NCBI RefSeq assembly: GCF_001194135.2
Contig: NC_068982.1
Span: 148,953,493 to 148,988,593, forward strand
Direction of reading: 5' to 3'
DNA from: Octopus bimaculoides
Lineage: Eukaryota
Length of the DNA stretch: 35,101 nt
Under the pieces are notes generated by a model that was given only the letters and a program-made list of their open reading frames with translations, did not search any database and was not told where the DNA came from. Made by a program: the position numbers and the translations under genes. Below are positions 10,746-22,389 of this stretch, one piece after another; position 1 is the stretch's first letter, and each line of letters starts with the position of its first letter.

Positions 10746-11989
10746 CAAACTTTTTATTTTTTTGTGTAGATTAGGTAGCCATAATTCACCCCTGCTTTTC
10801 AAACTCAGTGTTTAAGCTACACATAGTACTGCTGAAGGGCACGTGCTGCATATACTCCTACAACACCGTTTTCTTTACCTGTTATAAAGGCAGATGTGAA
10901 TCTGTCTTCAACTCAGTCATATGCCTGTGTTTTGCTTATTTTTTGTGTTTTAGCAGCAGTGTAACCTTCCCCTCAGCCCCAGCCTCTCACACTATTGTGC
11001 TGCTGCTGTCCTAAGACCCGAAAAAAAAAAAAAAAAGGAAGGCACAGTTTCTGTATTCCTCTGTGTATGTGTGTTCGTCCACGGTGTTGGCATCGTGGTA
11101 GTTATTGTTGTTATTGTTATTGCCATCGTTGGCACCGCTGCTGCCACTGACCATGTTAGTTGTATTGTTGATAGCATATGACCGTCCATGTGGTTTCATA
11201 TGTGTGTTTGTGTGTGTGTGTAGGTTTGCTTCATATGTGTCCATAAATAATGCTTGCATAATACATACACTCATATGAGTATGTGCATGTATGTGAGTAT
11301 GTGTATGTTTGTATAAAAATATGAATAATTATATGCCAGTATGTGATGAGTTTGTATGTAAATGTGTATGAGCTATATAGTCCTGTTATGAGTGTATACA
11401 TGAATATGTGTCAACGTTCATTTATGTGTAAATTTGTATATTAATACCGAGATATATATTTGTGAAATCATGTAAGTGAGACAGAGTGGATATATGTGTT
11501 TATATGTATATATTTATGTATGTATGTGTGTTTGTATGTATGTGTATGTGTGTATGTACATATGTATGTATATGTTTGTGTGAATTACTCAGTGAGTAAT
11601 ATTTCTCCTTAGAATACATTCTAGGAATGAATGCCATTTAATTTTAACTATAAAGAACTTTCTAGAAACACACACATATATTGTCACCCACACAAACATA
11701 TAAACATATGCATATGAATAAAGATAGTTATGCACAAAAATGCACAAATAAACAAAATGCTGATGTGATCTGGTAAAACATAATAAAAAAAATCAATAGA
11801 TAAATCAATAAAAATACATAAATAAATAGAAATTAAGAAAGGAAGAAAGAAATTGCGAAGAAGCTAGAAAGCACAGAAAAGAAAATGCTCACAAATTAGA
11901 GTAATATATTAGAAATGACATTGGATTCAGGAAGGAAAATTAAATTATATACTTCGATGTCATCATATTCTATAATTCTTGTTATGTAA

Positions 11990-12100
11990 AACAATAACAA
12001 CAACAACAATAGTAATAGCTGCAGCAGCAACAATAACGGTGGCAGTAACAACAACACCAATAACAACTAAAACAACCACAACAACAGCAACAGCAGTAGT
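11990..12100. repeat. (AAC)/(AGC) trinucleotide low-complexity tract
   Basis: Directly visible. Confidence 0.85.
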
Positions 12101-12199
12101 AATTTTGTAATTTTTCTGCCTATACACTGTGACATGTAGAAAGGTTCGTTTCTTTCAAAATAAACAATTGAAGCCAATAAGGGAGCCACCACATGGTTG

Positions 12200-12420
12200 T
12201 TCTCTCTGCTAAAAGTAGCAACCAGCTCTCCTCTCATTTGCATGCTACTGTTTTAAAAAGGGAAGATGTGTTGGATAATGTGCTACTGGATATCCAAAAA
12301 AAGAAAGAATCGACACTGCTAAGATTTCTCAATCAGTACCAAAACTGTGCTAAACACAACAGCAATGATAACTCAATCAGCTAATTTCATCCTTCTTTCT
12401 TGTACCACCAGATCACTGAA
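12200..12420 (-). mobile_element. Decayed RTE/BovB-like LINE fragment
   Basis: Minus-strand remnants VDSFFFL and STLSNTSSLFKTVACK resemble V.xFxYLGSTLS..xxLDxEVxxR. Confidence 0.4.
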
Positions 12421-12764
12421 CAACTCATACTGATACCCTTGACAAGTGCAATGTGTTTGACATGGAATGGTCATGCAAGAATACAAGAAGGGGTCCCTGT
12501 GATGTTCTGTCTGGTATTTCTTTCAAGTACCATCTTGTCAATTAGATACAAACTCAACAAGTTTATCTCTCCTGGCAGGGCATCCTGATTGAAAAGTGCT
12601 ACTACAAACAACACGAAGCAGTTTATGCATTGATCTAATGATTCTGCTGATCCACCATCTAATACTGGCACTTTATATAATCAACCCCATAAGAATGGAA
12701 ATTAAAACTGACCTTGAAAGATTTGAGTTCAGAGTGAAAAGAACAGCAACAAATATAGCAAAAA

Positions 12765-12977
12765 CTACCGCCTGACTGGCCCTCGTGCCGGTGGCACGTA
12801 AAAGCACCCACTACACTCTTGGAGTGGTTGGTGTTAGGAAGGGCATCCAGCTGTAGAAACTCTGCCAGATCAGACTGGAGCCTGGTGCAGCCATCTGGCT
12901 CACCAGTCACCAGTCAAACCGTCCAACCCATGCCAGCATGGAAAGTGGACGTTAAACGATGATGATGATGATGATGA
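12765..12977 (+). mobile_element. Young short RTE 3' UTR with (GAT)n tail
   Basis: High identity to the 3230-3439 and 27860-28072 segments. Confidence 0.9.
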
Positions 12978-13099
12978 TTAATAAAATAATTAACTGGAAT
13001 GTATTTGGATCTTTAATATAAGTGTGTGTGAATGTGTGTCTGTAAGCATGTGAATATACCTAGATACATATGTGCATGTATGTGTCATTTCAGCCATTT

Positions 13100-13320
13100 G
13101 CATTACCCCCACGTCTTTATTGCCTTTTCTTAAACCTCTCACCTAAGTTTTAGGAGGGGCATCCAATTGTAAAACCATGCCAAAAAAAAAACGTTCACAT
13201 GTTTCATAGGGACGTTGCTCTGAATTAGAAATTGCTCAAAAAATGACAACCTGTCTAACCCATGCCAGCATGGAAATCAGATGTAAAATTATGATGATGA
13301 TGACGATGATAATGATGATG
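13100..13320 (+). mobile_element. Older RTE 3' UTR fragment
   Basis: taggaggggcatccaattgtaaaacc...aacccatgccagcatggaaatcagatgtaaaattatgatgatg. Confidence 0.7.
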
Positions 13321-13484
13321 CATATGTATGAGTAAGTATACAAGCATGTGTAAAGCATGTGTGTGTAAATGTGTGTTTGTACGTGCATTGACAGAGATGA
13401 TGGTGGTATCTATACCTTTTTTTCTATATTAAGCCATCCTTGTAAATGTCTCATATATGACTTCATGTTTATAATGCCTGCCTG

Positions 13485-13505
13485 TGTGTGTATGTGTGTG
13501 TGTGT

Positions 13506-13580
<75 letters not shown>

Positions 13581-13696
13581 TGTGAAATATATAACTTTGT
13601 GTGTGTGTGTGTATTATATGATAACTGTGTGTGTATGTGTGTGTGTGTGTGTATTATATGATAACTGTGTGTGTGTGTGTGTAAGTATGTGTGTCA

Positions 13697-13736
<40 letters not shown>

Positions 13737-13775
13737 ACGTGTACACATACACATGTGTTTATGTGTGTGTGAAAT
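13485..13775. repeat. (TG)n array with an internally duplicated tattatatgataactgtgtg unit
   Basis: Directly visible. Confidence 0.95.
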
Positions 13776-13779
13776 GTTA

Positions 13780-14290
13780 TACGATGAAACTTTGAAAGTT
13801 CTATCTTCCATCAAATATCCTGGCGCTATGAGGAGAGATGCTAATCTAGATAATGAAATTGCAAATAGAATTCCAAAGTCACAATCTTCACTGTAGGCTC
13901 AGCAATAAATGCAGAATAACATGATAGCTTGCTTTGTTGCATAACTGTGTAACATGGTCAATAAATTCAAACATGTTAAACAGCTGAAGTACTTCCAGTG
14001 AAGGAGTCGTTGTTAAAGTTTGAATGTATCTTGAAGAAACACAAGGATCTTGGCGTTAGCAATTATCATAAGAATACAAGCTCTCTAGTGTCAGAAGTGG
14101 GCAGTGAAAGAGTTACAAAATGTTGACTCTTTGGTGTGCTATATTCTGATGCTAGACCTCCTGACATACTGAAATTTAGATATGAAGACTATCTTGAATA
14201 TGCTCTGAAAAACAAATGGCAGTAATTATGAAGGAAGTTGGGAAATAATTGCATTTTAGAAGGCAACATGGAGAAAAATATATTCATAAG
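13780..14290 (+). mobile_element. Decayed RTE/BovB-like LINE 3' coding fragment
   Basis: ETLKVLSSIKYPGAMRRDANLDNEIANRIPKSQSSL (about LxVVxxFxYLGS..RDAxLDxEIxNRIxKA) and a later LEGNMEK remnant. Confidence 0.6.
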
Positions 14291-14334
14291 CTTTCATTTT
14301 AGACTCAACTTTAAAATTCGTTATAAACTTACTA

Positions 14335-14530
14335 GGGTGATGGGTTGGCAGATTGATAGAGTATGAGCGAAAATTCCTAGTTGCATGTGTTCTCATTCCC
14401 AGAGGTCTGTGTTTAAAGTTTGCCCAGGTTAACTTGATGTTTTATTCTTTCAGAGGCAATAAAGTACAAATCAAGTACTGAGTGGGCTTTAATTGTCTGA
14501 TTTCTTCTCTCAAATTTTGGGGCTGGTTCT
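14335..14530 (+). mobile_element. Decayed tRNA-derived SINE
   Basis: tgggttggcagattgataga...caggttaacttgatgttttattctttcagaggcaataaagtac matches the family core. Confidence 0.55.
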
Positions 14531-14553
14531 AATATTGAAAAAATTTCTTATAG

Positions 14554-14826
14554 GTCTATTTTGGCAATTCATGGCAAAAATGAACAACCTGCTTTACACC
14601 TCGATGACATTTTCAGGTAACTGCTAATCATATGTGTGATGTCTTCCACAAAAAAATGGCAGAATCTACACTTTCAGTTGGATTTTGGTGTTCCAAGGGC
14701 TTTATTGTCTCTTTTGTTGTATGTATGTCATTATTCAGATTTCAAGATTTCTTGCCAATAAAGAAAGAGTTGGTTTCTAAACTAGATCCAAGGCTCCTTC
14801 ACTGGAATTTCAACATCAACAGCAGG
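14554..14826 (-). mobile_element. R4/Dong-like RLE non-LTR retrotransposon fragment (zinc knuckle region), copy 3
   Basis: Minus strand KCRFCHFFVEDITHMISSYLKMSSRC (14596-14673), homologous to the knuckle in copies 1 and 2. Confidence 0.75.
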
Positions 14827-14945
14827 GTATGTATGTATGTATGTATGCATGTATATATGTATGTGTGTATGTATGTATGTATGTATGTATGTTTTATATA
14901 TGCATGTATGTATGTAAGTATGCATGTATGTATACATGCAGATTT
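14827..14945. repeat. (TATG)n microsatellite between RLE fragments
   Basis: Directly visible. Confidence 0.9.
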
Positions 14946-14949
14946 GTAT

Positions 14950-15984
14950 AATTTGTTTTATTTATGTCTTCTCATGCATATACTTGCATATCTAGACATG
15001 CTCTTATATACTTAAATGACAAACTTCTGGAAAGTTTTACAGATTTCTACAGTTCGAGTGATGGATTGGATCTGTAGTTTTCGAATTAGCTTTCTCCTTT
15101 CTGATTTTGAGAAGCCTAATTTCTCAAGATTGGTATTTAGGCAGTGTGTTACATATCCCAGGGCCCCAATAACTACAGGCATAAATCTGAACTTGTAATC
15201 TGGATAGATTTTTCACTAGTTCAAATAGTACAGATTTCAGTGTATATGTTCTCTATGCACTGATTTTCAGCTTTATGTTGACATCCACTGGGAAGCTGAG
15301 TTCCACAACTCAACTGTACACAGTTTCTCATCTCTATCCCAAATCATTATATCAGGTATTTTTGTGCTTGCATTTTACTGAGGTTTTCACTGAGACATTC
15401 CACCAGTATTCCTTTTTATTATGAGTGACTATGGCTTCTACCATACTGTGGGTTTTTATTTCTTTGTCCTCGGGATTATCCTTCTGACAGATTTCATTAT
15501 ATAGTGTCCTAACTACAACATCATGTATCACTGGTGGATAATATCATGATGAGACTTTTGGACAACTGCTTATGATGTAGGTGATATCTACAATGTTAAA
15601 TCTACTAAGTCTGCATCAGTAATCACATCTTAGTGATTTCCCTGCATCTCTGTTTCTTTTGTGCATCAGGTATTTAGTTGATATTTCCTGTTCCTGAATT
15701 GCAAACGCATATCCTTCAAAGTAGGAAGTAGTAATCCTGTTGTTGGTCCATGATAGACTGCTTTGATGATCAACGTTACTATCATCTCAGAGCTTTCTAC
15801 TAACATGTCTATGCATGGCTTTCTGCTCATAAATGCAAATCCTTTCATCTGATGATATGTTGTGGTAGAATCATGCAACATCTTTGGGCATGTGTTTAAA
15901 GTTATCAGACAAAGAATACTGTTCATAGAGCTGCCTTCCAAGTTTTATGATGTTATCAACCTCATGTATGCTAACTTGGTGAAG
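14950..15984 (-). mobile_element. R4/Dong-like RLE non-LTR retrotransposon 3' part (CCHC knuckle and PD-(D/E)xK endonuclease; pseudogenised), copy 2
   Basis: QEQEISTKYLMHKR..CRLSRFNIVDITYIISSCPKVSS*YYPPVIHDVVVRTLY..EYWWNVSVKT..PDIMIWDRDEKLCTV..YPDYKFRFMPVVIGALGYVTHCLNTNLEKLG..TVEICKTFQKFVI* (stop at 15012-15014). Confidence 0.9.
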
Positions 15985-16039
15985 TATGTATATATGTACG
16001 TTCATGTGCATGTACATGTGTGTATATATTCAATAACAG

Positions 16040-16190
16040 GGGGATTCTTTATATTTATTCCAGGAAATACTTTTTTTCAAATAGCCTTGTATATTGTTTT
16101 GCAACAACATCATGTTGCATAGGGTGGTAGTACTTTGATGATATTTTTGGGCAGATGCTATTCACATATTTGATGTCTGCATTAGAAATG
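16040..16190 (-). mobile_element. R4/Dong-like RLE fragment (knuckle region), copy 1
   Basis: ADIKYVNSICPKISSKYYHPMQHDVVAKQYT, homologous to copy 2. Confidence 0.75.
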
Positions 16191-16774
16191 TGTGTGTGTG
16201 TGTACATGCACGAACACACATGTGTGTTTGCATGTTTGTGCCTGAGTTTATAAATAGTTTGTAGTTTACATATAAATAATATGTAGTCCATCATAAAATC
16301 TGGCCTTTCTGAAAATAGATGCTCCCAGTCTTTACTTAAAATGCAATAATAAAATAATTATGTTGATTTCCTTGAATAAACTTTGGGGTCTTCTTGGCAT
16401 TCTGTAATATTAAAAAAGTAGTGTTGAATGAAACACATACACTTTATTCCACCATAAGGTCAATATTGTTATTATTTTTATGTCTGTATTTTCCCTACAA
16501 GTCTGGATTGGATGCGACTTCTCGAGAGAATGTTCTATGGTGAAGTGCTCTTCCTGATATTATCTCTTATTTGGTTTTCATGTAAACTATGCTACCGATT
16601 TATGCAAATCACACTACTGAAGCTGTGAGCATATTTCTTTTATGTGAAACACAAACATTACTGCTGCCAAAGTGGTGTCAATGTGAAATCATGTGGACGC
16701 CAACACACAAACACACGCACAAAGAACTTCATACATGCATACACACACAAACAAAACTTCACACACATGCACAC

Positions 16775-16796
16775 ACACATACATAAATGTGTGCAT

Positions 16797-16847
<51 letters not shown>
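16775..16847. repeat. (CA)n microsatellite
   Basis: Directly visible. Confidence 0.95.
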
Positions 16848-16934
16848 ATATATGATGGGCTTCAATACAATTTCTGTTAAACAAATTTCACTTACAATCA
16901 TAGATCAGCTTGAAGTCATAACAGAAGCTACTTT

Positions 16935-17000
16935 CTAAAAGTGTCACACAGTGGGACTGAACCTGAAACTATATGGTTGCTAGGTAAATATTTTAACCAC
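16935..17000 (-). mobile_element. tRNA-headed SINE (second family) 5' head
   Basis: Reverse complement contains ggttcagtcccactgtgtgaca; homologous to 20113-20180 and 24075-24160. Confidence 0.65.
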
Positions 17001-19034
17001 AATATATTGTGCTTTTAATCATACTTAGTTTAGCTGTGAAGTTTATTCCAGAAATTATTATTGTTTAATCCCAGCTCAGTGTTCCAGTCATGATTCCTTT
17101 TTATTTTCGGATATTGTATATGTGGGACTACATTATCCAATGTATGATTTTATAAGGTGGTACACTTTGATTTAAAGGAAATTTAGTTTCTATTTTTAGC
17201 AGGTCAAACGATCATGTAGAGGCTCCTCCACTGGTTTGCTTCATGAAAGCATGTAATCAAGAATCAGACTATCACAATGTTTATGACATAAAGTTGTACC
17301 AGTCTGCTCTTTGATCTCACACAAATATAACTTCACAGCAAGAACAAATACAGTTGCATATGCATAATACATTAAACTATACAATCAGAAAAAAAGAGTT
17401 TGTATATAATCATTTGAGCTGTGAGAAAATAGCAATGAAATTTCTCTTAAATCTTAAATAACTCTATCATGTTAAAATAGCTGCATTGCATAATGCAGTT
17501 CTTGATATACTATGTATGAATAAAAGATAGGTATGGTTACGGTTAGGATATTTCTGACACATAGTTCTGTGGATTCAGGGTTGACTATAAATTCAGGGTG
17601 AAAAATTCAGTTAAATCTTATTAGTATTTTAGCTATTTGGTTGAACCACTGCTATCATCTAAAAAATATTGAATGGCACCCAAATAAATTTTATGAAATT
17701 TTAAAATTTGACATAAAATTACGAAGAACTGTGATTATTTTATGTTCAATACTATTAGCTGTGATGAATGGTGAATAATTTAAGCCCCACAAACAAGATG
17801 CCAAATATACAATATAAAATTACATATCACACTCACTAGTGTTTATTAATTAGCATATAAGGGGAATAGTGTTTACTATCATGTTTGCCAGACAGTAAAA
17901 TGTTTACATAAAACAAAACTAAGGTAAAGCATAATGAACTGTGTCCAAAGTTATCATGGTTGTATGTAACTGTCTGGTTGTGCTTAATTCACAATAAAGC
18001 TATGTTCATGAATATTAATAATGTTAGATGTTACAAAATATAAAACATGATGTTAGCACAAGCGTCTGTGTTTATTAACTCGCAATGTTAGTTCCATGTA
18101 CTAAAATTGTATAAGGTGTAGGATACCATGCATAAACAATATATTCTATTCTAGCATGTCAATCCAGATGTCTTAAAGGTTAATACCCCGCTTAACTTAA
18201 TAGTTATCTTTCAAATTATTTATCCAAATTCATGACATTAGGACATCTGAATTATTTCTCTTAGCTCGCTTTATTTTTAATTATGTAAATAATATATTAG
18301 CCAAAATTTGTCCATAATACTTTCTCTAAATGTAAAAATTTCTGTCAACTCATTATAGGCTTAATTAGACTGTACTATGTTGATTAAATTTAATTGTCCC
18401 TTGGCTGCAAATGAAGATCAAACTGTCCTTTCCTCTTAGCACGTGAATTAACTTTGAGATTAATTCATAATTTCTTGAAATTATCTCCCCTTTCTCAAAA
18501 GAAAGTCCCTAACTGTCATTAGTTTTCTGGGGGTTTTTTCTCCAAATAAGAGGTAAATTTCAATTCAATTTTATTTGCATCTATCATTCAGTATTTTGTC
18601 AGTGAACAGGTCATGGTTTCAAAGAGACGAAAATATTTTGACGAATTAAATTTCAATGAATGTTGAAGTGAATCTAGCAGTTTTTGTGCATTTAAATGGC
18701 TTATAAACACCTTCCACACCACAATTGTTTATATATGAGAATTTTGCTCTAAAGGTACCTTCTTATATAATGTTGTATATATATTTCAGTTTGTTTGGCT
18801 ACCAAATTCTATTAATTCTTTCCTATTTCTTTTTTAAAATGCTTATATATTCTAATAATGTTGAATATAAATTATTCCCAGTTTTATTGCTGGTTTTAAT
18901 TATCTACTTCAGTCAATGATATATAAGATACCAGAGAGTTAGTGCAAAGCATTTCTTTGATAGAAAATGACTGAAATTTTGATTTTTCCTTTAATGGTGA
19001 AACTCAATTTGATCAATATTTACATATATATTGT

Positions 19035-19097
19035 GTGTGTGTATGTATGCATGTGTGTATGTATGTATGTATGTATGTATGTATGTATGTATGTATG

Positions 19098-19148
<51 letters not shown>

Positions 19149-19185
19149 ATAGTGGTATTTATCTATCTATTTATCTATCTATATG
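19035..19185. repeat. (TATG)n(TATC)n compound microsatellite
   Basis: Directly visible. Confidence 0.95.
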
Positions 19186-19189
19186 GTGG

Positions 19190-19370
19190 TTATCTACTCG
19201 TTATGCAGAATTTGACCACCTCCTGTACCTACACCTTAGCACCTCATGGATTCTGATGTGGCTTTTTAAACCAGACAATGTTTTGAAAAGACACCCACAT
19301 AGATTGCACCTCCGATTTGGACCACCAAGAGCTGCAGATAAGTTCTGCTCTTTGTGGATCTTAAATACAT
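19190..19370 (-). mobile_element. 3' end of an RTE/BovB-like LINE with terminal C2H2-like motif
   Basis: RCNLCGCLFKTLSGLKSHIRIH; an isolated terminal finger without tandem linkers, typical of RTE C-termini, followed by a short 3' UTR. Confidence 0.6.
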
Positions 19371-20112
19371 ACATACATACAGATGTACATGCATGCATAT
19401 TATCAATTCCTTTGTGTTTTCTCTACAAAGAACACATATCACCCACCCAGTTGTAATTTATTTGTCAATCACTTATTAAATTTCCATTTCAAATGAACAT
19501 ATTCCTTACTTTCTGATAGTTTAGTAGAAGGGAAGAAAAAAATGTTCACTTTCTTTTGTGAATGATGATCTAAATTTTAACATTTAAAATGGAAATTTTC
19601 TGTGAACCAACAATTTCTTTAAACAGAATTCTAGATAACTTAGTTTGAAGCAGACACTAAGTTCACAGAGTTTACTTATTGCATTGCCTTATTAATCCTT
19701 TAGTAAATATAATGCTTATTTATTCACATTGTTTTGAATTAATCATGCACTTGAGATTTCAAAGATGTGATTGTTTATTTTCAGAATGACATTGTAGGGT
19801 AGATGTGACAGGTTGGATCTGACCAGTCTGAATATAAAATTACATTCACAATCTTATGCTTATAAGCTGAGCACTCAAACCAATAGGCTACTTGCGTTCA
19901 GGAACCTGTGTTAAGGTAAAACAAAACTGATTATAAAATAATCAATTATATTTACAATATCAGGAAATTATAGGGAAAATCTATTGAAATGTCGCTGATA
20001 CCCATTCCTCAAAGAATGTGCATCAGTGACATAATTATTATTAACAGGTAGAATATTTGGGCGGGATATGGCTGGATATGGTTGGATATAAAGTATAGTT
20101 TATATATATACA

Positions 20113-20180
20113 GGTGCAGGTGTGGCTGTGTGGTAAGAAGCTTGCTTCCCAACCACATGGTTCCTGGTTCAGTCCCTTTC
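20113..20180 (+). mobile_element. tRNA-headed SINE 5' head
   Basis: gtggctgtgtggtaagaagcttgcttcccaaccacatggttcctggttcagtccc, with A- and B-box-like motifs. Confidence 0.75.
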
Positions 20181-21988
20181 ACATGATATTCTAGATACTC
20201 CACTTAATAAAGAGTGTGTGGTCTCAGAAGGTATCCAAGTTACTTCACAACAAGATAGGCACCTAAAATAATTAGTGACAGAGCAATACATTTTTACGAA
20301 GTTGTATTTGCTCACAAGTGATGGCTGACTGTACAATGAACAGGTTCAAATGTCACAAGCATAACTGTATTTAAGAAGTTTCATTTACAACTACATATTT
20401 CTCATTCAAAATCACTGAGTAGCACCACTGTGCTGTACCATAATTGCAGTTAACCAAAGCAGTATGAGTAAAATTTACTTGATACAAACCAGGTTAAACC
20501 CACCGGAGAAACCATTTTGTTCTAGGTCAGCAAGGTAACCAAGAACCTTCTGGTCCTTGGCTACGTTTAACGGTGTCCAGTTCAATGCAAGCTTTTGGGT
20601 CAGATCTCAGGTTTTGAAAATAACTTCCTCCTTTCTTCCTAACAGTCACAGAAATCATGAAAAGTTTCATGTAGCCCTTCTTTCTCTGACAAAGCCATTA
20701 AAACAAAAACAAAAAAAAAGGAATAAACTGAGAAGAATCTGTTTTTCAACTCAGTCTTCAAAATTATGGATGAGAAATTAGATTTATAGCGAAATCTGTA
20801 GATTAAACGGATTATCAAGCTTTTAACTATAATCTAGACATATTTTCAGTGTGCAAACTAACTCTGTTTCTTTATCATCACCAAGTTCTTTATTATATCA
20901 TGAAACCATATTAATTGACAAATATGCAACATCAATAACCTTATTAAACTTTAAATTTTACCTCTATAGAACAATATCCTTCCTTTGATGCTCAATAAAT
21001 TTTTATTTAGTACCATATGCTTCTCTCATATATAATTTATTTTAGTTGTTTATATATTGTCTTTTTTAACAATTTAATCAAAGGAAGTTTGCAGGTTTCA
21101 CTTGGCTCATGTTTTCATTTGAAATATTTATATTTTTATCTTCTTTATATTCACTATGGTTTGTTATCAAAGTTCCTTCAAAGCAACACAGAAACTAATG
21201 AGTTGTTTGATAGTGTTTTGAGAAACACAACATGCTGTGCAAAAGGACAGTCATTTGTCCACCATTTTTCTCTGTCTCTTTCTCTCCACTCTCTCGCTCT
21301 CTCACACATGCACTCACTCACACATACATACACAATAATCGTAGCAATCAATATTTTTTGGCATATTTTTATTTTATCATTTTCCATTAACTATTTTAAA
21401 ATTCCAGGTTATTATTTTGGTATAAGATTTTTCTTTTAGTTGAGCCGTCTCTATGTTAACAATAAAAGTTTGGGGGAAATAAAAACAGAAGAGAAATATA
21501 TTTTTCATTCACTGATAAATAGTAATTTATTTTTAGAGCACCAGTTCTTTCTTAGACTTTTAAGCCACTATTTCATGGCTTCATAATTTGTTTCAAATTT
21601 ATTAGCAATAACATAAATTTTAAAGTTAGAAGTTTGTAAATTAATACTGTATTGTCAGTGCAAACACTAGCCATGGCAAAACCTCAGTTAATCTGAAATA
21701 AAAGTAAAACTACAGGTATACTTATTACCCTGTTGTAGGTAGTAACATGAAATTGAAAAATCTATTACGAAAGGTTTCTCTTTCATGCAGAAAGCAAATG
21801 ATATGAAGTCATATGAAATAAATGTGATGGAATATATAACAATGAAATATGCATTCAAGATTTCAATGAGCTTGTCTGCAATGTCATAATTCTAGTATAA
21901 CACATTTTAAAACATAAACTGAATAGAATATTTCATTTTTGTATTTGGTTTGCAAGATTCTTTATGTGAATTCATGTATTGAAACAAA

Positions 21989-22211
21989 TTTTGTTGTGTC
22001 TAGGGAGAGTCGTTATGTCAATAAAATTAACACAAATACTGGTTCAATTCCATTCATTTATTAATTATCCAATTGTTTTGTTCTTGTTTGTCAAAGCTCT
22101 TTCATTGCTTCTTGCAGTCTTCTCAATGACTACTCAATAAATGAGTGGAATTGAACCAGTGTGTGTGTGTTAATTATATTGACATAATGACTCTCCTTAG
22201 ACACAACAAAA
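21989..22211. repeat. Fold-back/MITE-like inverted repeat (arms 21989-22062 and 22136-22211)
   Basis: Arms align at about 90% by hand with a 73-nt spacer. Confidence 0.85.
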
Positions 22212-22389
22212 TGAATAGAATATGTGATATAATATATATCATTTAATATACACAATTTACAAAAGAGCTACTAATGGTTTCATACTTTAGTGATACACAA
22301 CATTGGAATTCACAAGATCCTTTATTAATCACAATAGTCGTTTCAAACCATCTTGCACTGATCCCTCACAGGTGAGATACTATACAAAT

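Noticed and set aside
19201-19398. C2H2 zinc-finger gene
   Set aside because: A single finger with no TGEKP linkers and no splice context; it matches the terminal finger of RTE ORFs.
20474-20690. Possible exons on either strand (minus RKKGYMKLFMIS..; plus GQQGNQEPSGPWLRL..)
   Set aside because: Splice sites and frames could not be joined consistently, and I recognise no homology; unresolved without RNA-seq.
10898-20756. Shared about 21-nt string gaatctgt(c/tt)ttcaactcagtc at 10898-10918 and 20735-20756
   Set aside because: No similarity in the flanks; borderline expected by chance in AT-rich DNA.
22291-22371. Phase-2 exon-like block DTQHWNSQDPLLITIVVSNHLALIPH with a GTGAGA donor
   Set aside because: Overlaps the minus-strand hammerhead-like/PLE-terminus motif and looks repeat-derived; no supported neighbouring exons.
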